Source of the DNA: Candidatus Acidiferrales bacterium | Lineage (GTDB): Bacteria; Acidobacteriota; Terriglobia; Acidiferrales; UBA7541 | Reading direction: 5' to 3' | Assembly: GCA_035622875.1 (NCBI GenBank) | Contig: DASPUN010000016.1 | Span: forward strand, 26,706-90,705 | DNA length: 64,000 nucleotides | In this document: positions 54,432 to 63,454 of the stretch, one piece after another | Numbering within the stretch: the first letter of the stretch is position 1 | Layout of the letters: every line of letters starts with the position of its first letter | The notes under the pieces: generated by a model | Told to the model about the DNA's origin: nothing | What the model saw: only the letters and a program-made list of their open reading frames with translations | The model's database searches: none | Translations under genes and position numbers: made by a program

Positions 54432-55784
54432 TCAGTCCGGACGTCCGAAAGAGCGGTATTCAAAGCCGAGGTCTTTGATCTCGCGCGGCGAGAGCAGATT
54501 TCGACCGTCGATGATCAAAGGGCGCGCCATTGCGTCGCGAATCCGTTCCCAATCGAGTTTGCGGAATTCATCCCATTCGGTGGCGATGAGCAAGGCCTCC
54601 GCGTCTTTCGCCGCGTCGTATGCCGATTTGGGGTAATAAACCTGAGGCAAAATCACGCGAGCTTTGTCCATTGCCTGCGGATCATAGGCCTGAACACGGG
54701 CTCCCTCTGAAAGCAGGCGATTCACTAGATCAATCGCCGGAGCGAAACGAATGTCATCTGTGTTGGGTTTGAAGGCGAGTCCCAGCACAGCCACCTGCTT
54801 GCCACGAATCACCCAAAGAGCGCTGCGCAGCTTCTCGACGAAATGGTCGATGCGCTGCTTATTGATCTTCTCGGCCTCGCGCAACATGGTGAAATCGACG
54901 CCTGAGCGCTCGGCGAGGTGCACGAATGCCTGAAGGTCCTTCGGCAGGCAAAATCCTCCGAATCCCAGTCCAGCAGACAGAAAGCTCGGCCCGATTCGCG
55001 GATCGAGACCCATCGCTTGCACCACTTCGCCAATGTCGGCGCCAAGCTTCTCGGCAAGGTCAGCCACCATGTTGGCGTATGAAATCTTCAGCGCCAGAAA
55101 CGAATTCGAGGCGTGCTTGATCAGTTCGGCGCTATTGATGGTCGTAACTAGCCAAGCTGGCGCAGGCCCCGCAGGGCAGTGGCCCGCATGGACCGGGCAG
55201 TTGAATTTCTGATCGAGGACCGGCTGATAGATTTCCTTGAGCTGGCGAGCGGCGGCATCGTCATCGACGCCCACGACGATTCGATCGGGATGCAGGAAAT
55301 CTCCAACTGCCGTGCCTTCCCGCAAAAACTCCGGATTGGAAGCGACGTGGAAGGTGACGTTGGCCTTTCGGGCGTACACCGATAGCGCGCGCTTGAGCTC
55401 CTGTCCGGTCCGCGCTGGTACGGTGCTTTTTTCGACGACGAGCTTTGGGGATTTCGCCTCGGTCGCGATCATGCGCGCGACGTGGTCGATCGCGCTCAGA
55501 TCGGCATCGCCGTTCGGCAACGGAGGAGTGCCGACACAGATAAAAATTGCGTCGCCTGCACCCACCGCGTCCGCCGGATTCGCGCGGAAACTCAGTCGGC
55601 CTTGCTTGCGGGCCTCGGGAATTATGTTTTCTAGCCCGGGCTCGTAAATCGGGATACCGCCCGATTCGAGCGTTTTTATCTTTTCCGCATCATTATCGGT
55701 GCAAACGACTTCGTGCCCGATTTCAGCAAAGCACGCCCCTGTAACCAATCCCACGTAACCGGTACCAATCACTGAAATCTTCAC
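54432..55784 (-). CDS. ugd: UDP-glucose 6-dehydrogenase
   Basis: KISVIGTGYVGLVTGACFAEIGHEV and catalytic Cys in GFGGFCLPKD. GTG start. Confidence 0.9.
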   Translation of the reverse strand: MKISVIGTGYVGLVTGACFAEIGHEVVCTDNDAEKIKTLESGGIPIYEPGLENIIPEARKQGRLSFRANPADAVGAGDAIFICVGTPPLPNGDADLSAIDHVARMIATEAKSPKLVVEKSTVPARTGQELKRALSVYARKANVTFHVASNPEFLREGTAVGDFLHPDRIVVGVDDDAAARQLKEIYQPVLDQKFNCPVHAGHCPAGPAPAWLVTTINSAELIKHASNSFLALKISYANMVADLAEKLGADIGEVVQAMGLDPRIGPSFLSAGLGFGGFCLPKDLQAFVHLAERSGVDFTMLREAEKINKQRIDHFVEKLRSALWVIRGKQVAVLGLAFKPNTDDIRFAPAIDLVNRLLSEGARVQAYDPQAMDKARVILPQVYYPKSAYDAAKDAEALLIATEWDEFRKLDWERIRDAMARPLIIDGRNLLSPREIKDLGFEYRSFGRPD

Positions 55785-55924
55785 GAGCCCCTCTGTTTTG
55801 AGTGCTAGTCGATTCCGCAGATAGATGGTGAAATTTTACCGTGATACTGGCGATTCTGCGCCTGGAAACCATTCCGATATTTGCCTACCGTGACCACCCT
55901 CCCCGGTCCTGCCCGTAGTCCACG

Positions 55925-55949
55925 CCGATATGCCTTGGCCGCATATCGG
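55925..55949. promoter_or_regulatory. perfect inverted repeat CCGATATGC-N7-GCATATCGG in the divergent ugd/kinase intergenic region
   Basis: 9-bp perfect arms, 80 nt upstream of the kinase ATG. Confidence 0.3.
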
Positions 55950-56028
55950 TACTCTTTCTTCACACGGTTCCGCCGGTCAGTAGCAGTAGCCGCGACTCTA
56001 CCCTATCCTAAGGGTTAGTACTATTACC

Positions 56029-57909
56029 ATGGACCAGCCGAACAACCCGAAGGGAACTGTCACGACGGACGGCTCCCGTCGCCAGACGGACCATCAGGAT
56101 ACGGTGCTTCTCAGCGATGTCCCTGAGGCCTCCGCTCTGATGCCCGAGGCGTGCGCCGCGTCCAGCGAGGCGCCGGCTCAGCTAAGCTCAATCGCGCTGG
56201 CGGGTCTCTCGCAGCGCTACGAGATCCTCGCCGAAGCGGGCCACGGCAGCATGGGCAATGTGTACAAGGCGCGCGACCGGGAAACGGGCGAGATCGTTGC
56301 TCTGAAGCTCCTCAAACCTGAGATTGCTTCCGATCAGGCCATGATGGAGCGGTTCAAGAACGAACTGCTCTTCGCGCGGAAAATCACGCACAAGAACGTG
56401 TGCCGGGTCCATGAATTCAACCGCACCGGCGGCGTTGCCTATACCTCGATGGAGTTCGTTGAAGGCGAAAGTCTGCGGTCCGTGCTGAATCGATTTGGCG
56501 GACTTCCTCTTCGCAAAGCGCTCGACCTCGCGCAACAGATTTGCTCCGGCCTGCAGGAAGCGCACACGCAAGGAATTGTTCATCGCGACCTGAAGCCCGA
56601 GAACGTGATGATCGACGGCCAGGGCAACGTCAAGATCATGGATTTTGGCATTGCACGCTCGATGGAGGCCGGCACGCGCCTGACCGGCTCGATGGTCGGT
56701 ACGCCGGCCTATATGGCGCCCGAGCAGGTGGCAGGGAAGCCGGTAGACTATCGCACCGACGTCTATTCGCTTGGCTTGATCCTCTACGAGACCTTCACGG
56801 GCACCCCCGCATTTCAGGCCGACAACGCAGTTGCTGTGGCGCTGAAGCAGATGCGGGAGGCGGCGAGGCCTCCGCATGAGATCGAGCCGACGATTCCGAT
56901 CACAATCGAACGTGCGATTTTGAAGTGCATGGAAAAGGAGCCAGCGAGACGGTTTCAGTCGGTCGCGGAGCTCAGCAAAGTTCTAAGATCGCCCGCCACC
57001 TCTGCGCAAACACCTCCGGTGATGGCGACGCCGAATCAATCGAGCCATTCGACACCACTTGCTTCGCATCCCCTGTACGGATCATCGGCGCTCTCGGTCC
57101 CACCTCCCAAACCAAGATTGTTCGGGCGATTGTTTGTGCTCGCGCTCCTTGTGGGTACGGCTGTCTACGCAGCCACTCATTGGGAACAGGTGAATGGGTT
57201 GGTTCAAATGGCACAACAGGAATTGCCGAAGCCGCCCGCACCGGATACGCCCAAGCCACCGGACACTTCAGCCGATCAGGGTGCGCAGTCCGCTTCTGCA
57301 ACGCCCATCGCGCCGACTCCAAGTGCGAAACCGCCGGTGGCACAAACGGCCGATACGCCGGCGTCCGCGGAACAGCCAGCAGCGCAGCCAACGGCCGAGA
57401 AGCCCGCTCCAGTCGAATCGGCGCCTGCGAAGCCAGTTGTGACCAACCGCCCAGCGCCTGCAACCAAGCCGGTCGGTCACGCTGAATCGGCGAAGGCTCC
57501 AATCCACGAAAAATCCGCGCAGCGATCGGATGAAACACCCGAGGTCGCGCCCGAGGAAGTCCAGAAGCGCGCGGACAAGGCGTTCGGGGAGACAGAACCG
57601 GTTGCCGCGCCACCGGTGAATGACCACACTCCGAGCTATCTGTGGGTCGGCCGATTCGAGCGCGAAGATCGCGCGCAAAGCTCTGCGAAGAAAATCGAAG
57701 ATCTGGGGCTCCCGGTTGTCGTGATTCCGCGGCAAAACGCGAGCGGCGAGTTTTACGTCGTCCTTACGGGACCATTTGGGGCAGACCGGGTGCCAAGCGT
57801 AATGGATTGGCTCAAAGCGCAGGGGTTTCTGGGAGTGCGGCTGGTGAAAAATCCGCTCGCAATGGGCCAGCCGAAACCGAATCAGGGGTCGAATTCTAAT
57901 CAGAAGTAA
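56029..57909 (+). CDS. Hanks-type serine/threonine protein kinase with one TM segment, a Pro/Ala-rich linker and a C-terminal SPOR domain
   Basis: GHGSMGNVYKA, VALKLLK, HRDLKPEN, DFGIAR and YMAPEQ. TM segment LFVLALLVGTAVYAAT. The C-terminal sequence YLWVGRFEREDRAQSSAKKIEDLGLPVVVI...FYVVLTGPFGADRVPSVMDWLKAQGF fits the SPOR pattern. Confidence 0.85.
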   Translation: MDQPNNPKGTVTTDGSRRQTDHQDTVLLSDVPEASALMPEACAASSEAPAQLSSIALAGLSQRYEILAEAGHGSMGNVYKARDRETGEIVALKLLKPEIASDQAMMERFKNELLFARKITHKNVCRVHEFNRTGGVAYTSMEFVEGESLRSVLNRFGGLPLRKALDLAQQICSGLQEAHTQGIVHRDLKPENVMIDGQGNVKIMDFGIARSMEAGTRLTGSMVGTPAYMAPEQVAGKPVDYRTDVYSLGLILYETFTGTPAFQADNAVAVALKQMREAARPPHEIEPTIPITIERAILKCMEKEPARRFQSVAELSKVLRSPATSAQTPPVMATPNQSSHSTPLASHPLYGSSALSVPPPKPRLFGRLFVLALLVGTAVYAATHWEQVNGLVQMAQQELPKPPAPDTPKPPDTSADQGAQSASATPIAPTPSAKPPVAQTADTPASAEQPAAQPTAEKPAPVESAPAKPVVTNRPAPATKPVGHAESAKAPIHEKSAQRSDETPEVAPEEVQKRADKAFGETEPVAAPPVNDHTPSYLWVGRFEREDRAQSSAKKIEDLGLPVVVIPRQNASGEFYVVLTGPFGADRVPSVMDWLKAQGFLGVRLVKNPLAMGQPKPNQGSNSNQK

Positions 57910-57945
57910 TCAACTGGCAGGACTCGCGTGGGGGCTGAAGCGGAC

Positions 57946-58782
57946 ATGGAATTGGAATTTGGGGCGCACAGCGATGTCGGGTGCGTTCGCGAAAATAACG
58001 AGGACAGCTACCGCGTCGCCCCCGAAATGAATTTGTTCGTTCTTTCGGACGGAATGGGCGGGCTGGATTGCGGCGAAGTGGCAAGCCGCATGGCGGTAGA
58101 CACGATCGTCGAGCACTGCCGCAAGGGCCGGACGAGCGATTCGTTGCCGCTCACCGGGCCACGCATCGATGGCGTTTCGGAAATGACCAATCGATTGGCG
58201 AGCGCTGTGCGCGTCGCGAACCGAGCCGTGAATAGTGCGGCGATGCAGAACTCGACGGGCAGGCCCATGGGCGCGACCGTATGCGTCGTGCAGTTTGCGG
58301 ACGAGCGTATGAGTGTGGCGCATGTCGGCGATAGCCGCGTTTATCGTCTGCGTGGAGACGAATTCGAACAATTGACGCACGATCACTCGTTTGTGGCCGA
58401 ACAGATGCGTCAAGGAAGGATGACCGCGCAGGAGGCCGACAGCAGCAAGCTGCATAACGTGCTGATTCGCGCGCTTGGCGTCGACCCGGAGGTCGAGGTG
58501 GATGCCAGCGAAGAGCTCGTGCTCGAGGGCGACACGGTGCTGCTCTGCTCCGATGGCCTCACGCGCGAGCTGACGGACGCCCAAATTGCGGCTCTGCTGC
58601 ATGAGACGGAGGACCCGCAAGAAGCGGCAAATCGGCTAATCGATCTCGCCAAACAAGCAGGCGGGGGCGACAACATCACCGTCATCGTGCTTCGTCCCGC
58701 TGCAAGGCCGGTCGGCGCGCTCGGACGGGTTAGCCGTTTGGGGAAATGGATCAAGGATTCGGCGGAGCGCCACAAGCGCTAA
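57946..58782 (+). CDS. PP2C-family Ser/Thr phosphatase (Stp1-like)
   Basis: HSDVGCVRENNEDS, SDGMGG, VAHVGDSRVY, LCSDGL and GGGDNITVIV. ATG 57946 is preferred over GTG 57928. Confidence 0.85.
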   Translation: MELEFGAHSDVGCVRENNEDSYRVAPEMNLFVLSDGMGGLDCGEVASRMAVDTIVEHCRKGRTSDSLPLTGPRIDGVSEMTNRLASAVRVANRAVNSAAMQNSTGRPMGATVCVVQFADERMSVAHVGDSRVYRLRGDEFEQLTHDHSFVAEQMRQGRMTAQEADSSKLHNVLIRALGVDPEVEVDASEELVLEGDTVLLCSDGLTRELTDAQIAALLHETEDPQEAANRLIDLAKQAGGGDNITVIVLRPAARPVGALGRVSRLGKWIKDSAERHKR

Positions 58783-58809
58783 AGATTTGTGATACGCGGG
58801 AGGAGTGAA

Positions 58810-59550
58810 ATGCCAAAGCTCGTGCTGAAGTTCGAGAATTCGATTCTGAAAGAAGTGCCAGTTGGCGCGAAAGAAGTGAGCATCGGACGATCGCCGGAGA
58901 ACGGCATCGTGATCGATAATCCGGCCGTTTCTCATTTCCACGCGCGCGTGTTCAATGAAGAGGGTCGCATCATGCTTGAGGACTTCGGCAGCTTGAACGG
59001 CACTTTCGTCAACGGCCAGCGCGTGAAAATGGTGTCGCTGAAGGCGGGCGATTCGGTCGCGATCGGCAAACATACGATCGTCATCTCGGATTCCCGCGAC
59101 CTCGATGGGTTTGCCAACGGAAGCGGAAACGGCAAGCCGGTCCCGCCGGCGCCGAAGCTGAACGAAACCGTAATGCTCGACACGAAAGCGCGCCGCGATT
59201 TTCTGCAAAAAGTCGCTGCCGTGGGAGAGAGCGCCCAGGTTGCTCCCGCTCGGATCAAGGTGGGGACGCTCATCGTCCGCAAGGGTCGCACGGATCAGCG
59301 TGAGTACATGCTCAACGACAAACTCACCGTTATCGGAAAATCCGCGATGGCCACGGTGAAACTCAAGGCCTGGTTCGCGCCGAAAGCAGCGGCGCAAATC
59401 AACCGACGCGACGACCAGTCGTATTACATCGGTGCCGCGGACAAGACGCCGAGCGTGAATGGGCAACCGATCACGCAGCCGACAAAACTCTCGTCCGGCG
59501 ACGTTATTACCGTGGCGGGCATCGAGCTTGAATTCGTCTACCGGGACTAG
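58810..59550 (+). CDS. FHA domain protein: canonical N-terminal FHA plus a degenerate C-terminal FHA-like module
   Basis: VSIGRSPENGIVIDNPAVSHFHARV...DFGSLNGTFVNGQRV. The C-terminal LTVIGKS...SVNGQPI...GDVITVAGIELEF lacks the Ser/His pair. ATG 58810 lies 5 nt after GGGAGGAG. Confidence 0.8.
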   Translation: MPKLVLKFENSILKEVPVGAKEVSIGRSPENGIVIDNPAVSHFHARVFNEEGRIMLEDFGSLNGTFVNGQRVKMVSLKAGDSVAIGKHTIVISDSRDLDGFANGSGNGKPVPPAPKLNETVMLDTKARRDFLQKVAAVGESAQVAPARIKVGTLIVRKGRTDQREYMLNDKLTVIGKSAMATVKLKAWFAPKAAAQINRRDDQSYYIGAADKTPSVNGQPITQPTKLSSGDVITVAGIELEFVYRD

Positions 59551-59692
59551 CGCTGTAACGGCAACTCTACAATGCAGTTTGGCGCGTCCTCGGCCTATCG
59601 TAATTTCCACGGCCATCTCGAGCGTTAGACCATCTTCGTCCCTTCTCCCTACGTTGCAGGCATTTCGAAGGTCCCTTACCATAGTGGTCGAA

Positions 59693-60547
59693 ATGTCTGC
59701 CACTTCGAATGCGTCCAATGCGACGCACCGGGGCAATACGGGCGCGACGCAAACTAGCGCCGTCGAGACGCGGTCGCTTACGCGACGGTTTGAGTCACTT
59801 GTTGCCGTCAACCAGCTGACGTTCTCTTTCCCGCGCGGCTCGATTTTCGGCCTTCTCGGGCCGAATGGAGCCGGGAAGAGCACGCTGATCAAAATGCTCA
59901 CCACTTTGCTGCCGCCCAGCGAAGGAACCGCTCTCGTCGCGGGCTTCGACATCGTGCGTGAACCGCGCGAAGTGCGACGCAGGATCGGCTACGTCTCGCA
60001 GATGCTCTCCGCCGATGGCGATTTGACCGGCTACGAGAATTTGTTGATCTCCGCGAAGCTCTATGGCATCGCGCGCGCGGAGCGCGCCAGCCGCATCGCC
60101 GAGGCGCTGGATTTCATGGATTTGACCCATGCGGCCTCGAAACTGGTGAAGCACTATTCGGGCGGGATGATTCGCCGGCTCGAAATTGCGCAGTCGATGT
60201 TGCACCGCCCGAGCGTGCTGTTTCTCGACGAGCCGACCGTCGGCCTCGATCCGTTCGCCAAGCAAGCCGTTTGGAGGCACATCCGGGAATTGCGCCAGGA
60301 ATACAACGCGACCATCCTCATGACGACTCACGACATGCAGGAGGCGGACGAACTTTGCGAGACGATCGCGTTCATGCATCAAGGAACGATCGCAACAATC
60401 GGATCACCCGAGGCCCTGAAAGCGTCGTTGGGGCCTGAGGCGACGCTCGGTGACGTGTTCATCCACTACACCGGAGCGGATATTTCTGAAGGAGGGGATT
60501 TGCGCGATGTCTCACGCACACGGCTTACCAGCAAGCGTCTCGGATAG
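59693..60547 (+). CDS. ABC transporter ATP-binding protein (DrrA / ABC-2 type exporter family)
   Basis: Walker A GPNGAGKST, signature YSGGMIRRLEIA, Walker B VLFLDEPTVGLD, and H-loop TTHDM. ATG 59693; the upstream track extension is Arg/Ser-rich junk. Confidence 0.85.
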   Translation: MSATSNASNATHRGNTGATQTSAVETRSLTRRFESLVAVNQLTFSFPRGSIFGLLGPNGAGKSTLIKMLTTLLPPSEGTALVAGFDIVREPREVRRRIGYVSQMLSADGDLTGYENLLISAKLYGIARAERASRIAEALDFMDLTHAASKLVKHYSGGMIRRLEIAQSMLHRPSVLFLDEPTVGLDPFAKQAVWRHIRELRQEYNATILMTTHDMQEADELCETIAFMHQGTIATIGSPEALKASLGPEATLGDVFIHYTGADISEGGDLRDVSRTRLTSKRLG

Positions 60548-61328
60548 CGGCTTTCCTGGAATCGGCTACGTGCGGCAGACCCTCGCGGTGGCCGAAGCCG
60601 ATATCCGCAAGCTGATTCACGATCCTTTCGAGCTTTTGACGCGCATGATTCAGCCAGTTCTATGGCTGCTGATTTTCGGCCAGGTGTTTACGCGAACCCG
60701 CGCGATTCCCACGGGGGGAATCAGCTATCTCGACTTCATGACGCCGGGCGTGCTGGCGCAGAGTGTGCTGTTTGGCGCCATCTTCTACGGAATCTCGCTC
60801 ATCTGGGAGCGTGACCTCGGCATCGTGCACAAATTTTTGGTGAGTCCTGCGGCGCGGAGTTCGCTGGTGCTCGGTCGTGCTATTTCTTCCACCGCGCGCA
60901 GCCTGTGCCAGATGGTTCTCGTTTATCTGCTGGCTTTAGCACTACACGTGCACCTGCATATTGGATTTTGGGCATTCGCTGGCGTCACGGCCGCCGTCAT
61001 TTTCGGCTCCGCCGTATTTTCTACGTTTTCGTTGATCGCCGCGTGTATTGTGAAATCGCGCGAGCGATTCATGGGGATCGGTCAGGTGCTCACGATGCCG
61101 CTATTTTTCGCGAGCAACGCGATTTATCCGTTGAGTCTGATGCCTATCTGGTTGCGGAATCTCTCGAAAATCAATCCGCTAACGTATCAGGTGGACGCAC
61201 TGCGGAGCCTGATGATTGTGGGAGGCTCGACGACATTTGGACTGTGGGTGGATTTTGCGTTCATGGCCGGCGCGTTGGCGTTGATGATTGCGATCGCGAC
61301 TCGCCTCTATCCGAAAATCATCACCTGA
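60507..61328 (+). CDS. ABC-2 type transporter permease
   Basis: Six predicted TM helices, typical ABC-2 length, and ATG 60507 after GGAGGGG. Overlaps the ATPase gene by 41 nt. Confidence 0.8.
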   Translation: MSHAHGLPASVSDSGFPGIGYVRQTLAVAEADIRKLIHDPFELLTRMIQPVLWLLIFGQVFTRTRAIPTGGISYLDFMTPGVLAQSVLFGAIFYGISLIWERDLGIVHKFLVSPAARSSLVLGRAISSTARSLCQMVLVYLLALALHVHLHIGFWAFAGVTAAVIFGSAVFSTFSLIAACIVKSRERFMGIGQVLTMPLFFASNAIYPLSLMPIWLRNLSKINPLTYQVDALRSLMIVGGSTTFGLWVDFAFMAGALALMIAIATRLYPKIIT

Positions 61329-61414
61329 TCGCCTGGATGGCACCGGCCCGAGCTGACTGTGGCCGAGCGCCGAGTGGTATCATCTTTCGACTGCATTTCG
61401 ACGAGAGGAATCAA

Positions 61415-61663
61415 ATGGCGGAACCTACCAAAGAAGAATTGCTGGCTCGCATCGCTGAACTGGAAAAACAGGCGGGGGCGCGACCGAAAGGAAGTCTTGA
61501 ATTTCGCGTTGGAGAAAAGGGCGGCGTGAGCGTCTATGGCCTTGGACGATTTCCCGTCACACTTTACTACGAGCAGTGGATTCGATTGCTGGATGTTGCC
61601 GACAACCTGCGCAAATTCCTAGAAGAGAACAAGAGCAGGCTCAAACTGAAGGTAAAAGAGTAG
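61415..61663 (+). CDS. hypothetical small protein (82 aa; N-terminal coiled-coil-like helix)
   Basis: ATG preceded by GAGAGGAA. MAEPTKEELLARIAELEKQAG...GGVSVYGLGRFPVTLYYEQWIRLLD has a protein-like composition. It is the only plausible part of track ORF 60905..61663. Confidence 0.4.
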   Translation: MAEPTKEELLARIAELEKQAGARPKGSLEFRVGEKGGVSVYGLGRFPVTLYYEQWIRLLDVADNLRKFLEENKSRLKLKVKE

Positions 61664-61688
61664 AAACCACGTCGCGACTCTTCTGCGA

Positions 61689-62678
61689 CTAGCTCGTTTT
61701 GGTTTTTTCGAGCTCTTCGATCAGCGCGGGAACCACTTCGAATAGATCGGCGACGATTCCGTAGTCTGCAACCTCGAAAATCGGCGCATTCTGGTCTTTA
61801 TTGATTGCGGCGATCGTGCGCGCGCCTTTCATGCCCACGACGTGCTGGATCGCGCCGCTGATACCAAGCGCGAGATACAGCTTCGGCATCACGGTCTGGC
61901 CCGAGCTGCCGATTTGCCGGTCCATCGGCAGCCAGCCTTCGTCACAAATCGGGCGCGACGCCGAGACTTCGCCGCCCATCAATTTCGCGAGTTTCTCCGC
62001 CATCGGAATATTCTCCGGCGCCTTGATGCCGCGGCCGACGGAGACGAGGATCGGCGCCTGCGTCAGGTCGACTGCCTGCTTCGCTTCGCGGAAAAGCTCC
62101 AGCGGCTTTGTGCGAATTTGTTCTGCTTTCAGATCGGCACTCACTGCCTTCATGGGCGCTTTGCCGCTTGGGTGCTTCGCAGCGAGATCGGCGCGAAACG
62201 CACCCGCCTGAAATGAAGCGATCCATGGTGCGGCGCCTGTGAATACAACGTCCGCAGCGGTGCGGCCCTGAAACATCTGGCGGACGAAGATTAACTTTCC
62301 GCTCTCGTAGCGGTAGCCGATGCAGTCGCCGATCATTCCCTTTTGCATCGACGCAGCCAGTTTTGGAGCGAAGTCGCGAACCTGATACGTGTGTGGCAGC
62401 AACACGAGATCTGGTTTGGCGTTTTCAATGACCTGCCGAAGGGCGATGGAAAATCCGTCCGGCGTGTAATCGCCCAGAAGATCGTGCTCGATCAGCAGCA
62501 CTTCATCGAGCTGATATCCAGAAAGCTCTTCCGCAAGCGCCGAAACGCGCTTGCCGATCACAGCGGCCGAAACCGACGCCTTCGCCTGCTGAGCGATTTG
62601 TTGCGCAGCGGCGAGCGTCTCGAAGCTGACTTTGTTCCACTTCGCGTCGCGCTGTTCGGCGATCAGGAGTATCTTCAT
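61689..62678 (-). CDS. etfA: electron transfer flavoprotein subunit alpha
   Basis: C-terminal FAD-binding signature LYLALGISGAIQHVVGMKGARTIAAINKDQNAPIFEVADYGIV. Confidence 0.9.
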   Translation of the reverse strand: MKILLIAEQRDAKWNKVSFETLAAAQQIAQQAKASVSAAVIGKRVSALAEELSGYQLDEVLLIEHDLLGDYTPDGFSIALRQVIENAKPDLVLLPHTYQVRDFAPKLAASMQKGMIGDCIGYRYESGKLIFVRQMFQGRTAADVVFTGAAPWIASFQAGAFRADLAAKHPSGKAPMKAVSADLKAEQIRTKPLELFREAKQAVDLTQAPILVSVGRGIKAPENIPMAEKLAKLMGGEVSASRPICDEGWLPMDRQIGSSGQTVMPKLYLALGISGAIQHVVGMKGARTIAAINKDQNAPIFEVADYGIVADLFEVVPALIEELEKTKTS

Positions 62679-62681
62679 GAT

Positions 62682-63452
62682 CTAAAGCACTCGGGCTTCG
62701 TGCCGCAGTTTTTCGATCAGCTTTGCCGCGGCCTCTTTCGGCGAGCCGGTGATGAACTCGGTCTTTTTCGTTTTTTGCGGCACGTAAATTCGCTCGACCT
62801 GCTGCGTCTTTGCGTCGGCGACGCCCAGCGACGCGCGCTCTACCGTGGCGATCTCTTTTTTCTTCGCCGCCATGATTCCTTTGAGCGTCGCGTAGCGCGG
62901 CTTGTTGATTCCCGATTGAATCGTGAGCACCGCCGGCAGCGGCACCTCAACCCACTGGAACCAGCCTGCCTCAAGCTCGCGCTTCAGCTTCATGCGGTCG
63001 CCATTTACTTCGATCGCCATGATGATCGTCGCGTGCGGACGCCCGAGCAGCTCGGCGAGCAGGACGCCGGTTTGGCCGAAGCCCTGGTCGTCGCTCTGCA
63101 AGCCGGTAAGAATGAGATCGAAATTCTCGGATTGAATCGCGGCGGCAAGCGAGCGGGCGGACGTCAGCGGATCGAGCTTGTAAAACTCGGGATCGGCGAT
63201 ATGAATGCCGCGCGCGGCACCTTTGGCGAGGGCTTCCTTGATGGTCTGCTTGGTGCGCTCTGGGCCCATCGAGATGGCAACCACTTCGCCGCCATGCTTC
63301 TCCTGCAGACGCAGAGCTTCCTCGAGCGCGAAGCCGTCCGGTTCGTTCGTTTCAAATCCAATGTCCGCTTCACGAATCCACGCGCCACCATCGACAATCG
63401 CAAGCGGCGCATCTTTGGCGGGAACCTGTTTGATGCAGACGCCGATCTTCAC
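62682..63452 (-). CDS. etfB: electron transfer flavoprotein subunit beta
   Basis: KIGVCIKQVP N-terminus and ...DLILTGLQSDD. GTG 63452 lies 2 nt after the fabF stop. The track extension to 63578 overlaps fabF. Confidence 0.9.
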   Translation of the reverse strand: MKIGVCIKQVPAKDAPLAIVDGGAWIREADIGFETNEPDGFALEEALRLQEKHGGEVVAISMGPERTKQTIKEALAKGAARGIHIADPEFYKLDPLTSARSLAAAIQSENFDLILTGLQSDDQGFGQTGVLLAELLGRPHATIIMAIEVNGDRMKLKRELEAGWFQWVEVPLPAVLTIQSGINKPRYATLKGIMAAKKKEIATVERASLGVADAKTQQVERIYVPQKTKKTEFITGSPKEAAAKLIEKLRHEARVL

Positions 63453-63454
63453 GG

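Noticed and set aside
59459-59692. N-terminal extension of the ABC ATPase ORF; likewise 60450-60506 for the permease and 60905-61414 for the small ORF
   Set aside because: The extensions overlap upstream genes or are Arg/Ser-rich. Internal ATGs with SD sequences give family-typical N-termini.
58636-59952. 438-aa minus-strand ORF across the PP2C/FHA/ABC junction
   Set aside because: It has no motifs and Arg-rich composition. It overlaps three plus-strand genes that each carry clear family signatures.
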